A DNA stretch of 55,005 bases from a virus (taxonomy: Duplodnaviria > Caudoviricetes), in the IMG/VR virus record IMGVR_UViG_3300020021_000016, positions 1 through 55,005 of that record; one strand, given 5' to 3'. A model generated the notes under the pieces. That model saw only the letters and a list, made by a program, of their open reading frames with translations, was not told where the DNA came from and searched no databases. This document shows positions 17,923 to 27,195 of the stretch, in pieces; within the stretch, counting starts at the first letter, position 1, and each line of letters opens with the position of its first letter. The position numbers were made by a program, and so were the translations under genes.

Positions 17923-19604
17923 TGGGTCGCTTCGTAAATCTGCAAGTCGCGATCGTCGCCGGCGGTCCCACGCGCGAGGGCTTCGGGCTCGATCTGTTCC
18001 TGTCCCATCGCGCCAACAGCCACAGCGATTTTCACGAGCGCGCGCGGCTCTACAACGAGACCTCTGACGCTGTCGCGGATGGCTTCGCGGAGGACTCGCC
18101 CGAGGTGCGCTGGCTCGACGCGCTGTTCTCGCAGACGCCGCGTCCACCGCAGGCTGCGATCGGCCGCTGCGAATCGGCGGTCACGCAGAAGTACACGATC
18201 AGCCAGCGCGCCTTGCGTGCGCTCAGCAAGTACAAGCTCAACGTCGACGGCGAAGGCGTGGCGAGCGGGCAGGTCGTCTATACCTCCCTCGCGTCGCCAA
18301 CGGCCGAGGCGATTCACGCGGGGCTCGTCACGGGATTGAACGCCGTTGTCGGCGCGAACTACACGGCCGCGCTCGACGTGCTTGCCGCCTTCGTCGACTT
18401 CGTCTACACGGCGGACAGCGCCAGCGATCAGCTGCACGCGGTCGCGCACGGTCTGAAGAACGGTGACGGCCCGGTCGAGACATCGAACGCTGGAGGTGGT
18501 CTGCCGACCGGCCTCGCGGTCGCGACTCCGTACTGGGTCATCCTCGTCGATGCCGACCACTTCAAGCTCGCCACGTCGCAGGCGAACGCGATCGCGGGCG
18601 TGAACATCGACATCACCACGAACGGCACGGGCGTCCAGACGCTGCTGCACCAGCCGAACATGACGAGCCCGTCGGTTGGCTTCACGGTCACCGCCAACGC
18701 GGCTGGCAACTGGTTCTCGATCGGCGCGACCGACATCGGCGCGATCAACATTGCGCAGACACATGCCGACCCCGGCATCGCGGCGGACCTCGACGCGATC
18801 GCGCAGGAGATTGGCCAGAACGTCTCGACCGACTTCTACCGGGTCGACTCGGCCTACAACAGCAAGGCCTACGTCCAGGGCGTCTCCACGTGGGTCGAGG
18901 CGAATGCGCGCACGTACATCGTCGACTCGCAGGACTCGGACAGCGCGAACACCGCCTACGATCCGAACGCATCGACCGACACGCTCGCGGTGCTGAAGAT
19001 CGCGAGCCTGAAGCGCACGATGCCGCTGTACCACCCACGCCCGGCGGCATTCTTGTCGGCCGCCCTCAACGGCATCTTGCTGCCGATGAACCCCGGCCTT
19101 TGGACCGCGGCGTTCAAGCAACCCGTCGGGCCCGAGACCGTGCCGCTGACGCCCACGCAGATCGCGAACCTCGAAGCCCGAAGCGCTGGTTCGTTCACGC
19201 GCGAAGGCTCGCTCAACCTGACGTGGAACGGCGCCGTTCCGAACGCCCAATACGGGTTCTTCGACAACACGGTGTCGATCGACTGGTTCCTCAACGCGCT
19301 GTACACGAACCTGCTCGGCGTGCTCGCGTCCAAGCCGAAGTCGGGCTTCGACGACAAGGACATCGACGACATCGCCGCGTCGGCTCGCTCGGTCGTGCTC
19401 GAGGGCATCTCCGACGCGCACAAGATGATCGCAGCGGGCACGCCGGGTGATCCGCTCGACCCGGTGCCACAGGTCATCTGGCCCAAGGTGCGCGACATCG
19501 ATCCGACGACCCGCGCACTGCGCAAGCTTCCCAACGGAACCATCAAGGTTCGCTTTCTCGGTGCCATTCAAGAGATCGACGGCACCGTCACCGTCTCGTT
19601 CTGA
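17922..19604 (+). CDS. Tail sheath protein (DUF3383-like) with inserted ~80-aa module
   Basis: 560 aa; GFG..LF, FSQTPRP...IGR, PG.WT.AFK, FFD....DWF, F.GAIQ.I. Confidence 0.87.
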   Translation: MGRFVNLQVAIVAGGPTREGFGLDLFLSHRANSHSDFHERARLYNETSDAVADGFAEDSPEVRWLDALFSQTPRPPQAAIGRCESAVTQKYTISQRALRALSKYKLNVDGEGVASGQVVYTSLASPTAEAIHAGLVTGLNAVVGANYTAALDVLAAFVDFVYTADSASDQLHAVAHGLKNGDGPVETSNAGGGLPTGLAVATPYWVILVDADHFKLATSQANAIAGVNIDITTNGTGVQTLLHQPNMTSPSVGFTVTANAAGNWFSIGATDIGAINIAQTHADPGIAADLDAIAQEIGQNVSTDFYRVDSAYNSKAYVQGVSTWVEANARTYIVDSQDSDSANTAYDPNASTDTLAVLKIASLKRTMPLYHPRPAAFLSAALNGILLPMNPGLWTAAFKQPVGPETVPLTPTQIANLEARSAGSFTREGSLNLTWNGAVPNAQYGFFDNTVSIDWFLNALYTNLLGVLASKPKSGFDDKDIDDIAASARSVVLEGISDAHKMIAAGTPGDPLDPVPQVIWPKVRDIDPTTRALRKLPNGTIKVRFLGAIQEIDGTVTVSF

Positions 19605-19616
19605 GGAGGACCCCCG

Positions 19617-20057
19617 ATGCCGCCCTTGCGATACAACCCGAAGCGCATCAACAACTCGTGGGTCCCCGACGGGGAGACGATCAACTTCCAAGGGTTCATG
19701 GACGGGACCTTCGTCGAGGTCGAATTCGACGAGGCCCAGGTCACCACGCACAACGGCGCGGACGGCACGACGACGTTCATTTTGAACGCGAACGAGACCG
19801 CGACGGCGACCGTCACGATCGTCCAGGGCTCTCCGACCAACGACGACTTCTCGGAGAACCTGCCGAGCGCGCGGTTCGATCGGATGCCCGGCGGACCTTG
19901 GAATCTGGCCGACCTCAACGGCTTCTCGTTGGTGACGAGCGAGTTCGCCGTCATCGAGAAGGTGGCGAAGGTCGACTTCGGCAAGGGCGTGGTCGGGCGC
20001 GCGTGGAAGTTCAAGCTCCACCAGGCGCAGATCATCGCGGGCGGTGACGACTCGTGA
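19617..20057 (+). CDS. Tail tube protein (DUF3277-like)
   Basis: YNPK, GF.DGTFV, GADG, QGSPTND; follows sheath; GAGGAG SD. Confidence 0.82.
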   Translation: MPPLRYNPKRINNSWVPDGETINFQGFMDGTFVEVEFDEAQVTTHNGADGTTTFILNANETATATVTIVQGSPTNDDFSENLPSARFDRMPGGPWNLADLNGFSLVTSEFAVIEKVAKVDFGKGVVGRAWKFKLHQAQIIAGGDDS

Positions 20058-20593
20058 CACGCAAGTCGACACGCACGCCGGTCGAGACCGAGATCCTCGG
20101 CGTCCAGTTCACGACGACCCCGCTCGCGTACAAGATCGCCGAGGACCACCTGGCGGAGGTCGCGCTGATCACCACGAAGGTGTTCGACCGCGCGATGCAG
20201 GAGGTCGACCCGTCGATCGCTGCGTCGCTGGTCAACAAGAAGCCCGAGGACATCACGCCGGCCGAGCTGCTGAAGCTGCTCCCAGCGATCGCGCCGATCG
20301 CGATGGCCGTGTTCGGCGAGCTCGGCAACGGCGTGCTCAAGCGCCTCGCCCCGGTCATCTTCTCGACCACGGTCGCGATCGTGACCGACGAGCAGGGCAC
20401 TTTCGAGAAGCGCGAGCTGCTCAAGGAGAGCGACCGGGCGCTGCTCTTCGACGAGCATCCCGAGACCTACTTCGCGGCGCTGTTCTTCGCTGGGAGGGTG
20501 ACCTACGGCCGTTTTTTTCCCGTAGCCGACCTGCTCGCGAAAGTGAAGGCGAAGAACCCGGCGCCAGCAGCAGCGCCGCCGACGACCAGCTAA
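20054..20593 (+). CDS. Tail assembly chaperone (gpG-like)
   Basis: Between tube and tape measure; contains a slippery T7 run. Confidence 0.8.
   Translation: MTRKSTRTPVETEILGVQFTTTPLAYKIAEDHLAEVALITTKVFDRAMQEVDPSIAASLVNKKPEDITPAELLKLLPAIAPIAMAVFGELGNGVLKRLAPVIFSTTVAIVTDEQGTFEKRELLKESDRALLFDEHPETYFAALFFAGRVTYGRFFPVADLLAKVKAKNPAPAAAPPTTS
20512..20519 (+). promoter_or_regulatory. -1 ribosomal frameshift slippery site (T TTT TTT C)
   Basis: T7 run in a GC-rich gene; the -1 frame is open to 20778. Confidence 0.8.
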
Positions 20594-20778
20594 ATCGCGA
20601 GCTCCAGCCCGAGCACAAACGCTACTGGAGAGGCTATCGGCTGTGGCTGCGGCAGCTGGCGACCTGGGAAGAGATCCAAGACATGTCGCTCGATGACGTC
20701 GACCTCCACAACCTGATGCTCGACGCGATGGACGCGGCACGAGAGCGCGAACGTGCGCGGGAACGGGCGAACCGATGA
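20518..20778 (+). CDS. Frameshifted C-terminal part of tail chaperone (gpT-like)
   Basis: -1 frame: ...LATWEEIQDMSLDDVDLHNLMLDAMD...; overlaps the tape measure start by ATGA. Confidence 0.78.
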   Translation, partial: SRSRPARESEGEEPGASSSAADDQLNRELQPEHKRYWRGYRLWLRQLATWEEIQDMSLDDVDLHNLMLDAMDAARERERARERANR

Positions 20779-22331
20779 TCATTGCCGAGCTTGTGGCCAC
20801 GCTCGGGCTCCTTCCTCGCGAAGCCGAGTGGGCGAAGGGCGACAAGCTCATCGAGGGCATGCACAAGGCGCTCGAGGTGTTCCTGGGCGTCGAAGCGCTC
20901 AAGGGCGTCTACGAGATGATCTCGGGCGTGGTCGAGCTCGGGCGCTCGCTCGATGAGACCGCGCAGAAGACCGGCCTCTCCGTCGAGGGCCTGCAGTTCC
21001 TCGGCTTCGCGGCGAAGCAGAACTCCAACACGATGGAGGACATGGCGCACGCGGTCGAGAAGTACTCGCGCGGGCTCGACGAAGCGAACACGAAGGGCTC
21101 GGGCCCGGCGGCCGAAGCGCTCACCCGGCTCGGGATCAACTTCCACGACGCGGGCTTCAAGGCGAACTCGCTCGACGAGCAGGTCCAGCTCATCAGCGAC
21201 AAGCTCGCGAAGCTTCCGGACGGCACGAAGAAGACCGCGCTCGCGATGGACCTGTTCGGCCGGTCGGGCGCGAACATCATCCCGACGCTCAACGACCTCG
21301 GCAAGCACGGCGACGAGCTGCGCATCAAGTTCCGCGAGCTCGGCGGCGGGCTCTCGGGCGCGCAGGTCAAGGAGCTCGACGAGTTCGGGCGCGAGGTCGA
21401 CCAGGCGAAGTTCTCGCTCGGCGCGCTCAAGAACCAGGTCGTCGCCGAGATGGTGCCGGCGCTGCGCGAGATGATCCAAGGCTTCCTCCAGTGGATCAAA
21501 ACCAACAAGGAGATGATCGCGTCGACGCTGACGTCCGTGCTCCACGGCTTGATCGAAGTCGTGAAGCTCGTCGGTCAGGCGTTCCTCGTCGCCACCGACA
21601 TCCTCCAGTTCTTCGCCGACCACGCTGACCTGACGAAGGTGGTTCTGCTCGCGCTCGGCCTGATCATCGCAGCGTTCGCGATCGACGCTGCCATCTCGTG
21701 GCTGATCGCGTTCTGGCCGCTGGTCCTCGCCGTCGCGATCATTGCCGCGGTCACCTACGCCGTGATCAAGCTGTGGGATTGGATCAAGAACGGCGACGAC
21801 CTGGCCGCTCGGACGATCCGCCGCATCATCGGCGCCTTCAAGAGCCTCGTCGACAACGTCGTGGAGGTCGCGAAGGACATCAGGGACGGGCTCGAGGCGG
21901 CGTTCAATTGGGTCGCGAACCTGCCGGTCATCAAGCAGATCATCGGCGCGCTCGAAGACATCAAGGAAGTCGGCGAGTGGTTCGGCAAGAAGGCCAAGGC
22001 GGCCGTCGAAACGACGAGGTCGGTGATCGACAACACGTCCAACAAGGTCGAGGCCGGCACCAAGCTCGACGAGAACTCGAGGGGTCGCTTCGGTGGGCTC
22101 GAGCAATTTGTCCTGCACCCCGAGCTGGCCGCCAACCCGAGCGCCGCGTTCGGCGACCGGCCCAGCGGCGCCGGCAGCGTCAGCATCACGCATGGCGATA
22201 TCAACCTGACGATCAACGGCGCCGATATGAGCAAAGACGACCTGAAGGCGGCCGCCAAGGAAGCGATCAGCGAGTCCCGCACCGAGGAATACCAATCCGC
22301 GTGGGACGCGCTGAAGGGAGGGCACAGCTAA
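20775..22331 (+). CDS. Tape measure protein
   Basis: 518 aa helical protein; IIAELVATLG, KTGLSVE.LQ, AMDLFGRSG, TM segments. Confidence 0.88.
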   Translation: MIIAELVATLGLLPREAEWAKGDKLIEGMHKALEVFLGVEALKGVYEMISGVVELGRSLDETAQKTGLSVEGLQFLGFAAKQNSNTMEDMAHAVEKYSRGLDEANTKGSGPAAEALTRLGINFHDAGFKANSLDEQVQLISDKLAKLPDGTKKTALAMDLFGRSGANIIPTLNDLGKHGDELRIKFRELGGGLSGAQVKELDEFGREVDQAKFSLGALKNQVVAEMVPALREMIQGFLQWIKTNKEMIASTLTSVLHGLIEVVKLVGQAFLVATDILQFFADHADLTKVVLLALGLIIAAFAIDAAISWLIAFWPLVLAVAIIAAVTYAVIKLWDWIKNGDDLAARTIRRIIGAFKSLVDNVVEVAKDIRDGLEAAFNWVANLPVIKQIIGALEDIKEVGEWFGKKAKAAVETTRSVIDNTSNKVEAGTKLDENSRGRFGGLEQFVLHPELAANPSAAFGDRPSGAGSVSITHGDINLTINGADMSKDDLKAAAKEAISESRTEEYQSAWDALKGGHS

Positions 22332-23323
22332 TGGCGTTCGTTAGCGTGGGCGATTATCCGTGCGACGTCTTCGAAAAAGAGGTCCACAAGTTCGACAACG
22401 AGGTCTCGAACTACGCGGTCGAGACCGGCTCGGACGTCACCGACAACGTGCGCTCGCTGCCGGATGCGCTGACGATAGAGGCCGCGGTCAGTGACACACC
22501 GTTCGGTGCGATCGCGCAGGATCCGACGCGCGTCGGCGTTGGCGACCTCTCGATCTCACAGGACGCATTCAACCGCATCAAGAAGATGCGGGACGACAAG
22601 CAGCCGCTCTCCGTCGTGACGTCGCTCGGGACGTACACGTCGATGGAGATCCAAAGCTTCCAGGTGACGCGCGAGCCGAAGTCGTTCAAGGGGCTCGTCT
22701 TCACGATTCAGTTCCAGAAGGTCGTCATCGTCGAGAACAAGCGGGTCACGGTTGCGAATCCAAACCTTGCCGGCAAGGGCTCCGTCGGCAACCTCGACTC
22801 GAGCGTCTATCGTCGAGTGAGCTTGTTCCCTGGACAGACGATTCCGGTCGTGACGTTGACCGATCGGAAGGCGGTTCCGGCGTGGACGAAGATCTACGGC
22901 AAGCCGATCGCAACCGCCGCGGAGGTCGTGCTGGTTGACGGCATCACACCCAAGACCATCGAGCCGGACGGCAGCGGCTTCCATTTCGACATCACCGGAT
23001 CTGCGACGAACAACCACGACGGCTACGTCAAGGGCGGAAGCATCACGAGCGTGAACGGGTCCAGCGACATCACCTACGAAGCGCTCAGTCCGCGCTCGGT
23101 GAAGAGCACGAACCAGGTCGTGCAGGACCTGATCTCGCAGCAGCAGACAGCGCGCGCGACCCAAGACTTCGCGAACTCGCACGGCCAGCACTACGACCCG
23201 CAAGCGGGTCAGTGGAAGGACGCGAGCGGCAACCCGGTGACGCGCTCACCCAATGGCGGCGCCGATGCGTTCAAGCAGCGCGTGCGCGACACGCCGGACC
23301 ACACGCTCAGTGGGAACCAGTAG
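22331..23323 (+). CDS. Dit-like baseplate/tube initiator protein with C-terminal extension
   Basis: E.HKFDNEVSNYAVETGSDVTDN...VVTSLGTY.SM.I; follows tape measure. Confidence 0.75.
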   Translation: MAFVSVGDYPCDVFEKEVHKFDNEVSNYAVETGSDVTDNVRSLPDALTIEAAVSDTPFGAIAQDPTRVGVGDLSISQDAFNRIKKMRDDKQPLSVVTSLGTYTSMEIQSFQVTREPKSFKGLVFTIQFQKVVIVENKRVTVANPNLAGKGSVGNLDSSVYRRVSLFPGQTIPVVTLTDRKAVPAWTKIYGKPIATAAEVVLVDGITPKTIEPDGSGFHFDITGSATNNHDGYVKGGSITSVNGSSDITYEALSPRSVKSTNQVVQDLISQQQTARATQDFANSHGQHYDPQAGQWKDASGNPVTRSPNGGADAFKQRVRDTPDHTLSGNQ

Positions 23324-23326
23324 CCG

Positions 23327-23716
23327 ATGGCGAACGCGAACGATCCGCTCGAGCTGCCGTTCAAGGGCGGCATCGGCTACTACCGACTCGGCACATCGAT
23401 CGGCAGCACGCACTACCTGATCGACGTGCGGTGGAACGCGAGCGCGAACCTCGACAAGAACGGAGCGCCGCAAGGCGCGTGGTATCTCGACTTCTTCGAG
23501 CAGGACGAGACCCCGATCATCCTCGGCGTCAAGCTCGTGCTCGGCGCCTACCTCGGCCGGCGCTCGAACCACCCGCTCTTCACCAACGGCGTGTTTGTGG
23601 CGATCGACATGTCGAACCAAGGGCGCGAGGCCTCGTTCGACGATCTGGGAGGGCGGGTGATCGTGCAGTACATCCCGGTCGTCGAGCTCATCCGCCGCAT
23701 TCAGGACCACGGGTAG
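23327..23716 (+). CDS. Baseplate plug-like protein
   Basis: Y..DVRWN...WYLD...II.GVKLV.G pattern; position. Confidence 0.7.
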   Translation: MANANDPLELPFKGGIGYYRLGTSIGSTHYLIDVRWNASANLDKNGAPQGAWYLDFFEQDETPIILGVKLVLGAYLGRRSNHPLFTNGVFVAIDMSNQGREASFDDLGGRVIVQYIPVVELIRRIQDHG

Positions 23717-23719
23717 TGA

Positions 23720-24625
23720 ATGGCGCTGAAGAACTTCCAGCGGATCTGCCAGGTCACGATCGCGCGGCAGCCGACCGGCTTCGTCGGTAACAACCCGACG
23801 TTCTTCGACCAGCTGCCGAACGCGACGCTCATCGAGTACGACGAGCGCAATCCGGTGGCCGGGCTGCGCATCCAGTTCGAGGCCAAGCGCGACCTCGGCA
23901 AGACCCCCAACAGCTGCAAGATCACGATCACAAACCTCGCGCCTGCGAGTCGGATCGAGGCGGAGCGGAAGCCGTCGTACGTGATCCTCAGCGCGGGCCA
24001 TGACGGTGTCGCGCGGCTGCTGTTCACCGGCAACGTGCGCGTCGCGTGGTCGGAGCTGAAGGGCACCGACTGGGAGACGTATCTGATCCTCGGCGATGGC
24101 GCGGACGCGTACGCGAACGCGCGGCTCAACAAGTCGTACAAGGAACCGATCGACGTCCACCGCGTGCTCACCGATTGCGCGGGTTCGCTGGGGCAGCAGC
24201 TGCCACCCGAGATCGAACAGAGCGCCGACCTTCGCCAGGCGCTGAAGACCGGCATCTCAGTGCAGGGGCCGACGCGCGACACGCTGACTCGCTTGCTCGC
24301 GCCCTACGGCTACGGCTGGTCGTTCCAGAGCGGCAAGCTGCAGATCCTCCGCTCCAAGGACACGCTCGGGCAGGACACGCTGATCAGCCAGGACACCGGC
24401 CTGCAGGGATCACCGACACGAACCACGCCGAGCAAAAAGGGCGGCATCTCGGAGGTCACCTTCGACGTCGTGCTTAACCCGGACTTGGCACCGGGCACGA
24501 CCGTCAAGCTCGACTCGAAAGCGATGAGTGGACGCTTCAAGATCACCGACGCAACGTCGAAGGGCGACACGCACGGCAGCGCTGGCACCGACTGGTCGAC
24601 CGGCATCAAGGCGGTGCCGTTGTGA
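23720..24625 (+). CDS. Baseplate hub protein
   Basis: LRIQF..KR..GKTPN.C.I.ITNL, LSAG, WSFQ.G.LQI, TGL.GSP, LNP.L.PG, GDTHG. Confidence 0.8.
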   Translation: MALKNFQRICQVTIARQPTGFVGNNPTFFDQLPNATLIEYDERNPVAGLRIQFEAKRDLGKTPNSCKITITNLAPASRIEAERKPSYVILSAGHDGVARLLFTGNVRVAWSELKGTDWETYLILGDGADAYANARLNKSYKEPIDVHRVLTDCAGSLGQQLPPEIEQSADLRQALKTGISVQGPTRDTLTRLLAPYGYGWSFQSGKLQILRSKDTLGQDTLISQDTGLQGSPTRTTPSKKGGISEVTFDVVLNPDLAPGTTVKLDSKAMSGRFKITDATSKGDTHGSAGTDWSTGIKAVPL

Positions 24626-25302
24626 GCGACGCCGACATCCCTGACGTTCCGCGCGAGCCCTCGCTCGAGGAGCTGCTCTCTCTCCACGGCAAGGCGACGC
24701 TCGACGGCGTTCGTACGTCGTTGCCGGCGCGCATCGTCGAGTACGACGCCGACTCTCAGCGCGCGAGCATCCAGCCGCTCATCCAGCACGGCTACATCGA
24801 CGCGACGCAGGTCCGCCAGGTGGAGACGCTGCCGATCATCCACGACGTGCCGGTCAAGTTCGGCGCGGGCGGCGGAGCACGACGGACGTATCCCGTCGCC
24901 ATCGGTGACATCGGCATGGCGTGGTTCACGTCGAGCTCGATCGCACGCTGGGTGCTGACCGGCAAGATCGTCGATCCGGGTGACGACCGTCGTCACGACC
25001 TCAACGATGCGGTGATCGAGGTCGGCCTCCACAGCTTCAACGCGGTGCCGACCGACGCGCCGACAGATGCAGTCGTCGATCACATCCCCGACGGGATGAC
25101 GCTGAAGATCGGCAGCTCGGGCGCGAGCCAAAAGATCGTCGGCCAGCTCGCCCTCAACGACTTCATGAATGCGCTGCAGTCTGCGATCGCGGATAACCCG
25201 GGGCCCATCGCGGCAGCGCTCGCCGCTCTACAGCTCAAGCTCCAACTGCTCAACTTCGGCGACGGTTGGCTCGCTCGCACGACGAAGGGCCTGATCGAAT
25301 GA
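24622..25302 (+). CDS. Baseplate spike (Gp138/gpV-like)
   Basis: RTSLPARIVEYD, DVPVKF, PVAIGD, RRHDLNDAV. Confidence 0.82.
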   Translation: MSDADIPDVPREPSLEELLSLHGKATLDGVRTSLPARIVEYDADSQRASIQPLIQHGYIDATQVRQVETLPIIHDVPVKFGAGGGARRTYPVAIGDIGMAWFTSSSIARWVLTGKIVDPGDDRRHDLNDAVIEVGLHSFNAVPTDAPTDAVVDHIPDGMTLKIGSSGASQKIVGQLALNDFMNALQSAIADNPGPIAAALAALQLKLQLLNFGDGWLARTTKGLIE

Positions 25303-25676
25303 CACTCGAATCGGAGTTCGTCGATCTCGAAGTCGGCGACGACGGCGTGCTCGTGTTCTACGACGATGGCCCGCGCTTCGTGAGCGGCATCGCCGGCGTC
25401 GCTCAGCGGATTCGCATCGCGCTTCGGCTGCTCTTCGGCGAGTGGTCGATGGACCAGACGATCGGGATGAAATGGTACACCGAGCTGCTCGGCGATCCGT
25501 CGAAGGGCAGCGACCGAAACGCGAAGCTCCGTTCGGCGATCACGACGGAGATCCTGTCGATCGAGGACGTCATTGCCGTGACGTCGATGTCGTTCACGCC
25601 GACGCCGACCAAGCGCAAGATCACCGTCACCACCACGGTAAAGACGGCGTTTGGCACCACCACCGTGGCCGTGTAG
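25299..25676 (+). CDS. Baseplate wedge/sheath initiator (gp25-like)
   Basis: VAQRIRIALRLLFGEWSMD...G..W; precedes baseplate J. Confidence 0.78.
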   Translation: MTLESEFVDLEVGDDGVLVFYDDGPRFVSGIAGVAQRIRIALRLLFGEWSMDQTIGMKWYTELLGDPSKGSDRNAKLRSAITTEILSIEDVIAVTSMSFTPTPTKRKITVTTTVKTAFGTTTVAV

Positions 25677-25680
25677 CCCG

Positions 25681-27195
25681 ATGCCGAGCCCTGGCCTGAA
25701 TCCCGAAGGCTTCGAGATCGAGACGATTCCGGACCTCGTCACGGACCAGACTCAGCAGCTGCAGCTCGAATTCGGTCAGAGCATCCTCAAGCCGAAGACG
25801 TTCCTGACGTTCATGGTCGGCATCGTCGCGACGATCGCCGGCAAGGTGTGGGAGCAGCTCGAGGTGCTCTACGACGCGTGGAACCCCGACAAGGCGAACG
25901 GCGTGGCGCTCGAGGACCTCTCGCTCGTCACGGGCACGTTCAAGAAGTTTGCGGCGCCGTCGAAGGCGACCGTGACGTTCTGCGGCGACGACGGCTTCGT
26001 GGTCACCACCGGCACGCTCGTCGCGACCAGCGGGGGTCCGCGCTTCCAGACAATCAGCAACGTCATCGTCACCGCGCTCGACGCGTGGACGATCAGCTCG
26101 GCGTACTCGAAAGGCGACCGCGTGACGAACGCGAGCCGCTGCTACCAATGCATCACGGCAGGTGTGAGCGCGGGATCGGGTGGACCGACGACCACAACGG
26201 ACGACATCACCGATGGCACAGCGCACTGGATCTACCTCGGCGAGGGCACGGCGGCCGTTGACGCGACCATGCTGTCGCTCGACAATGGACCGATCGTCGC
26301 GGTCGCCGGCGACCTGACCGACATCGTCACGCCCGTCGGCGGCCTCAACAGCGCGCGCAACATCGCGGACGCCGCGCTCGGCAACCTCGACCAGACCGAC
26401 GAGGAGCTTCGGCTGACGCGCGAGGCCGAGCTTCGGGGCCAATCGAAGAGCCCGGCCGACGCGGTGCGCGCGGCGCTCCTCAAGCTCGACAGCGTCACGA
26501 GCGTGACCGTGTTCACCAACCTGACGAACGTCGTGAACGTCGACGGCATGCCGCCGCACAGCCTCGAAGCGCTCGTGCTCGGCGGCGACGACCAGGACAT
26601 CTGGGATGCGCTGTGGGCGAACGTGGCGGGCGGCATCACGACAACCGGCACCGAAGTCGGTACGACGCTCGACAGTCAGGGCACGTCGCAGCCCGAGGCG
26701 TTCTCGCGCCCCGACGCGAAGCCCATCTTCGTCGACCTCACGCTGATCAAAGATCCGGCGTTCTACCCGGTCAACGGTGACGACCAGGTCTCGGTGGACG
26801 TCGTCGCGTTTGGCCGGCTCGGTGGCACCGGCAAGGACGCGGTCCCCTCGGCGCTCGGCGCGCAGGCGTTCCAGGTCAGCGGCGTTCTCGAGGTCCCGCA
26901 GGTCCTCATCTACACGGACGTCATCGGCGTGGCGGCCGCGTGGATTGCGACGCATGCGTACGTCGCCACGGTGGGTGCTCGCTCGGTCGTGACCAACGAT
27001 GGCGGTCGCGCGTACATCTGCATCACCGCGGGCGTGAGCGCGGGCGCTGGCGGACCCACGGGTGTCGGCCAGGACATCACGGACGGTGCCGCGCACTGGG
27101 CCTTCATCGGCGCGACGTTCGCGATCGGCACGCGCGAGCGCGCGACCTACGACATCGCGAACGTGAACATCCACAGCTCGGACGGTTTGCCATGA
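25681..27195 (+). CDS. Baseplate J-like protein with two CBM5/12-like inserts
   Basis: WNPDKANGVALE, TDEELR.R, DGMPPHSLE..V.GG; two AW...AY...VTN...Y.CITAG.S...GP...DG..HW repeats. Confidence 0.88.
   Translation: MPSPGLNPEGFEIETIPDLVTDQTQQLQLEFGQSILKPKTFLTFMVGIVATIAGKVWEQLEVLYDAWNPDKANGVALEDLSLVTGTFKKFAAPSKATVTFCGDDGFVVTTGTLVATSGGPRFQTISNVIVTALDAWTISSAYSKGDRVTNASRCYQCITAGVSAGSGGPTTTTDDITDGTAHWIYLGEGTAAVDATMLSLDNGPIVAVAGDLTDIVTPVGGLNSARNIADAALGNLDQTDEELRLTREAELRGQSKSPADAVRAALLKLDSVTSVTVFTNLTNVVNVDGMPPHSLEALVLGGDDQDIWDALWANVAGGITTTGTEVGTTLDSQGTSQPEAFSRPDAKPIFVDLTLIKDPAFYPVNGDDQVSVDVVAFGRLGGTGKDAVPSALGAQAFQVSGVLEVPQVLIYTDVIGVAAAWIATHAYVATVGARSVVTNDGGRAYICITAGVSAGAGGPTGVGQDITDGAAHWAFIGATFAIGTRERATYDIANVNIHSSDGLP

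Noticed and set aside
12399-22325. Long antisense ORFs (e.g. 12399-14378, 17820-20072, 20634-22325)
   Set aside because: Shadow frames of well-supported + strand genes in high-GC DNA; no recognisable motifs.
26083-27110. DGR TR/VR pair or invertible segment in baseplate J
   Set aside because: Direct protein-level repeats with synonymous, non-adenine-specific differences; no RT or invertase nearby.
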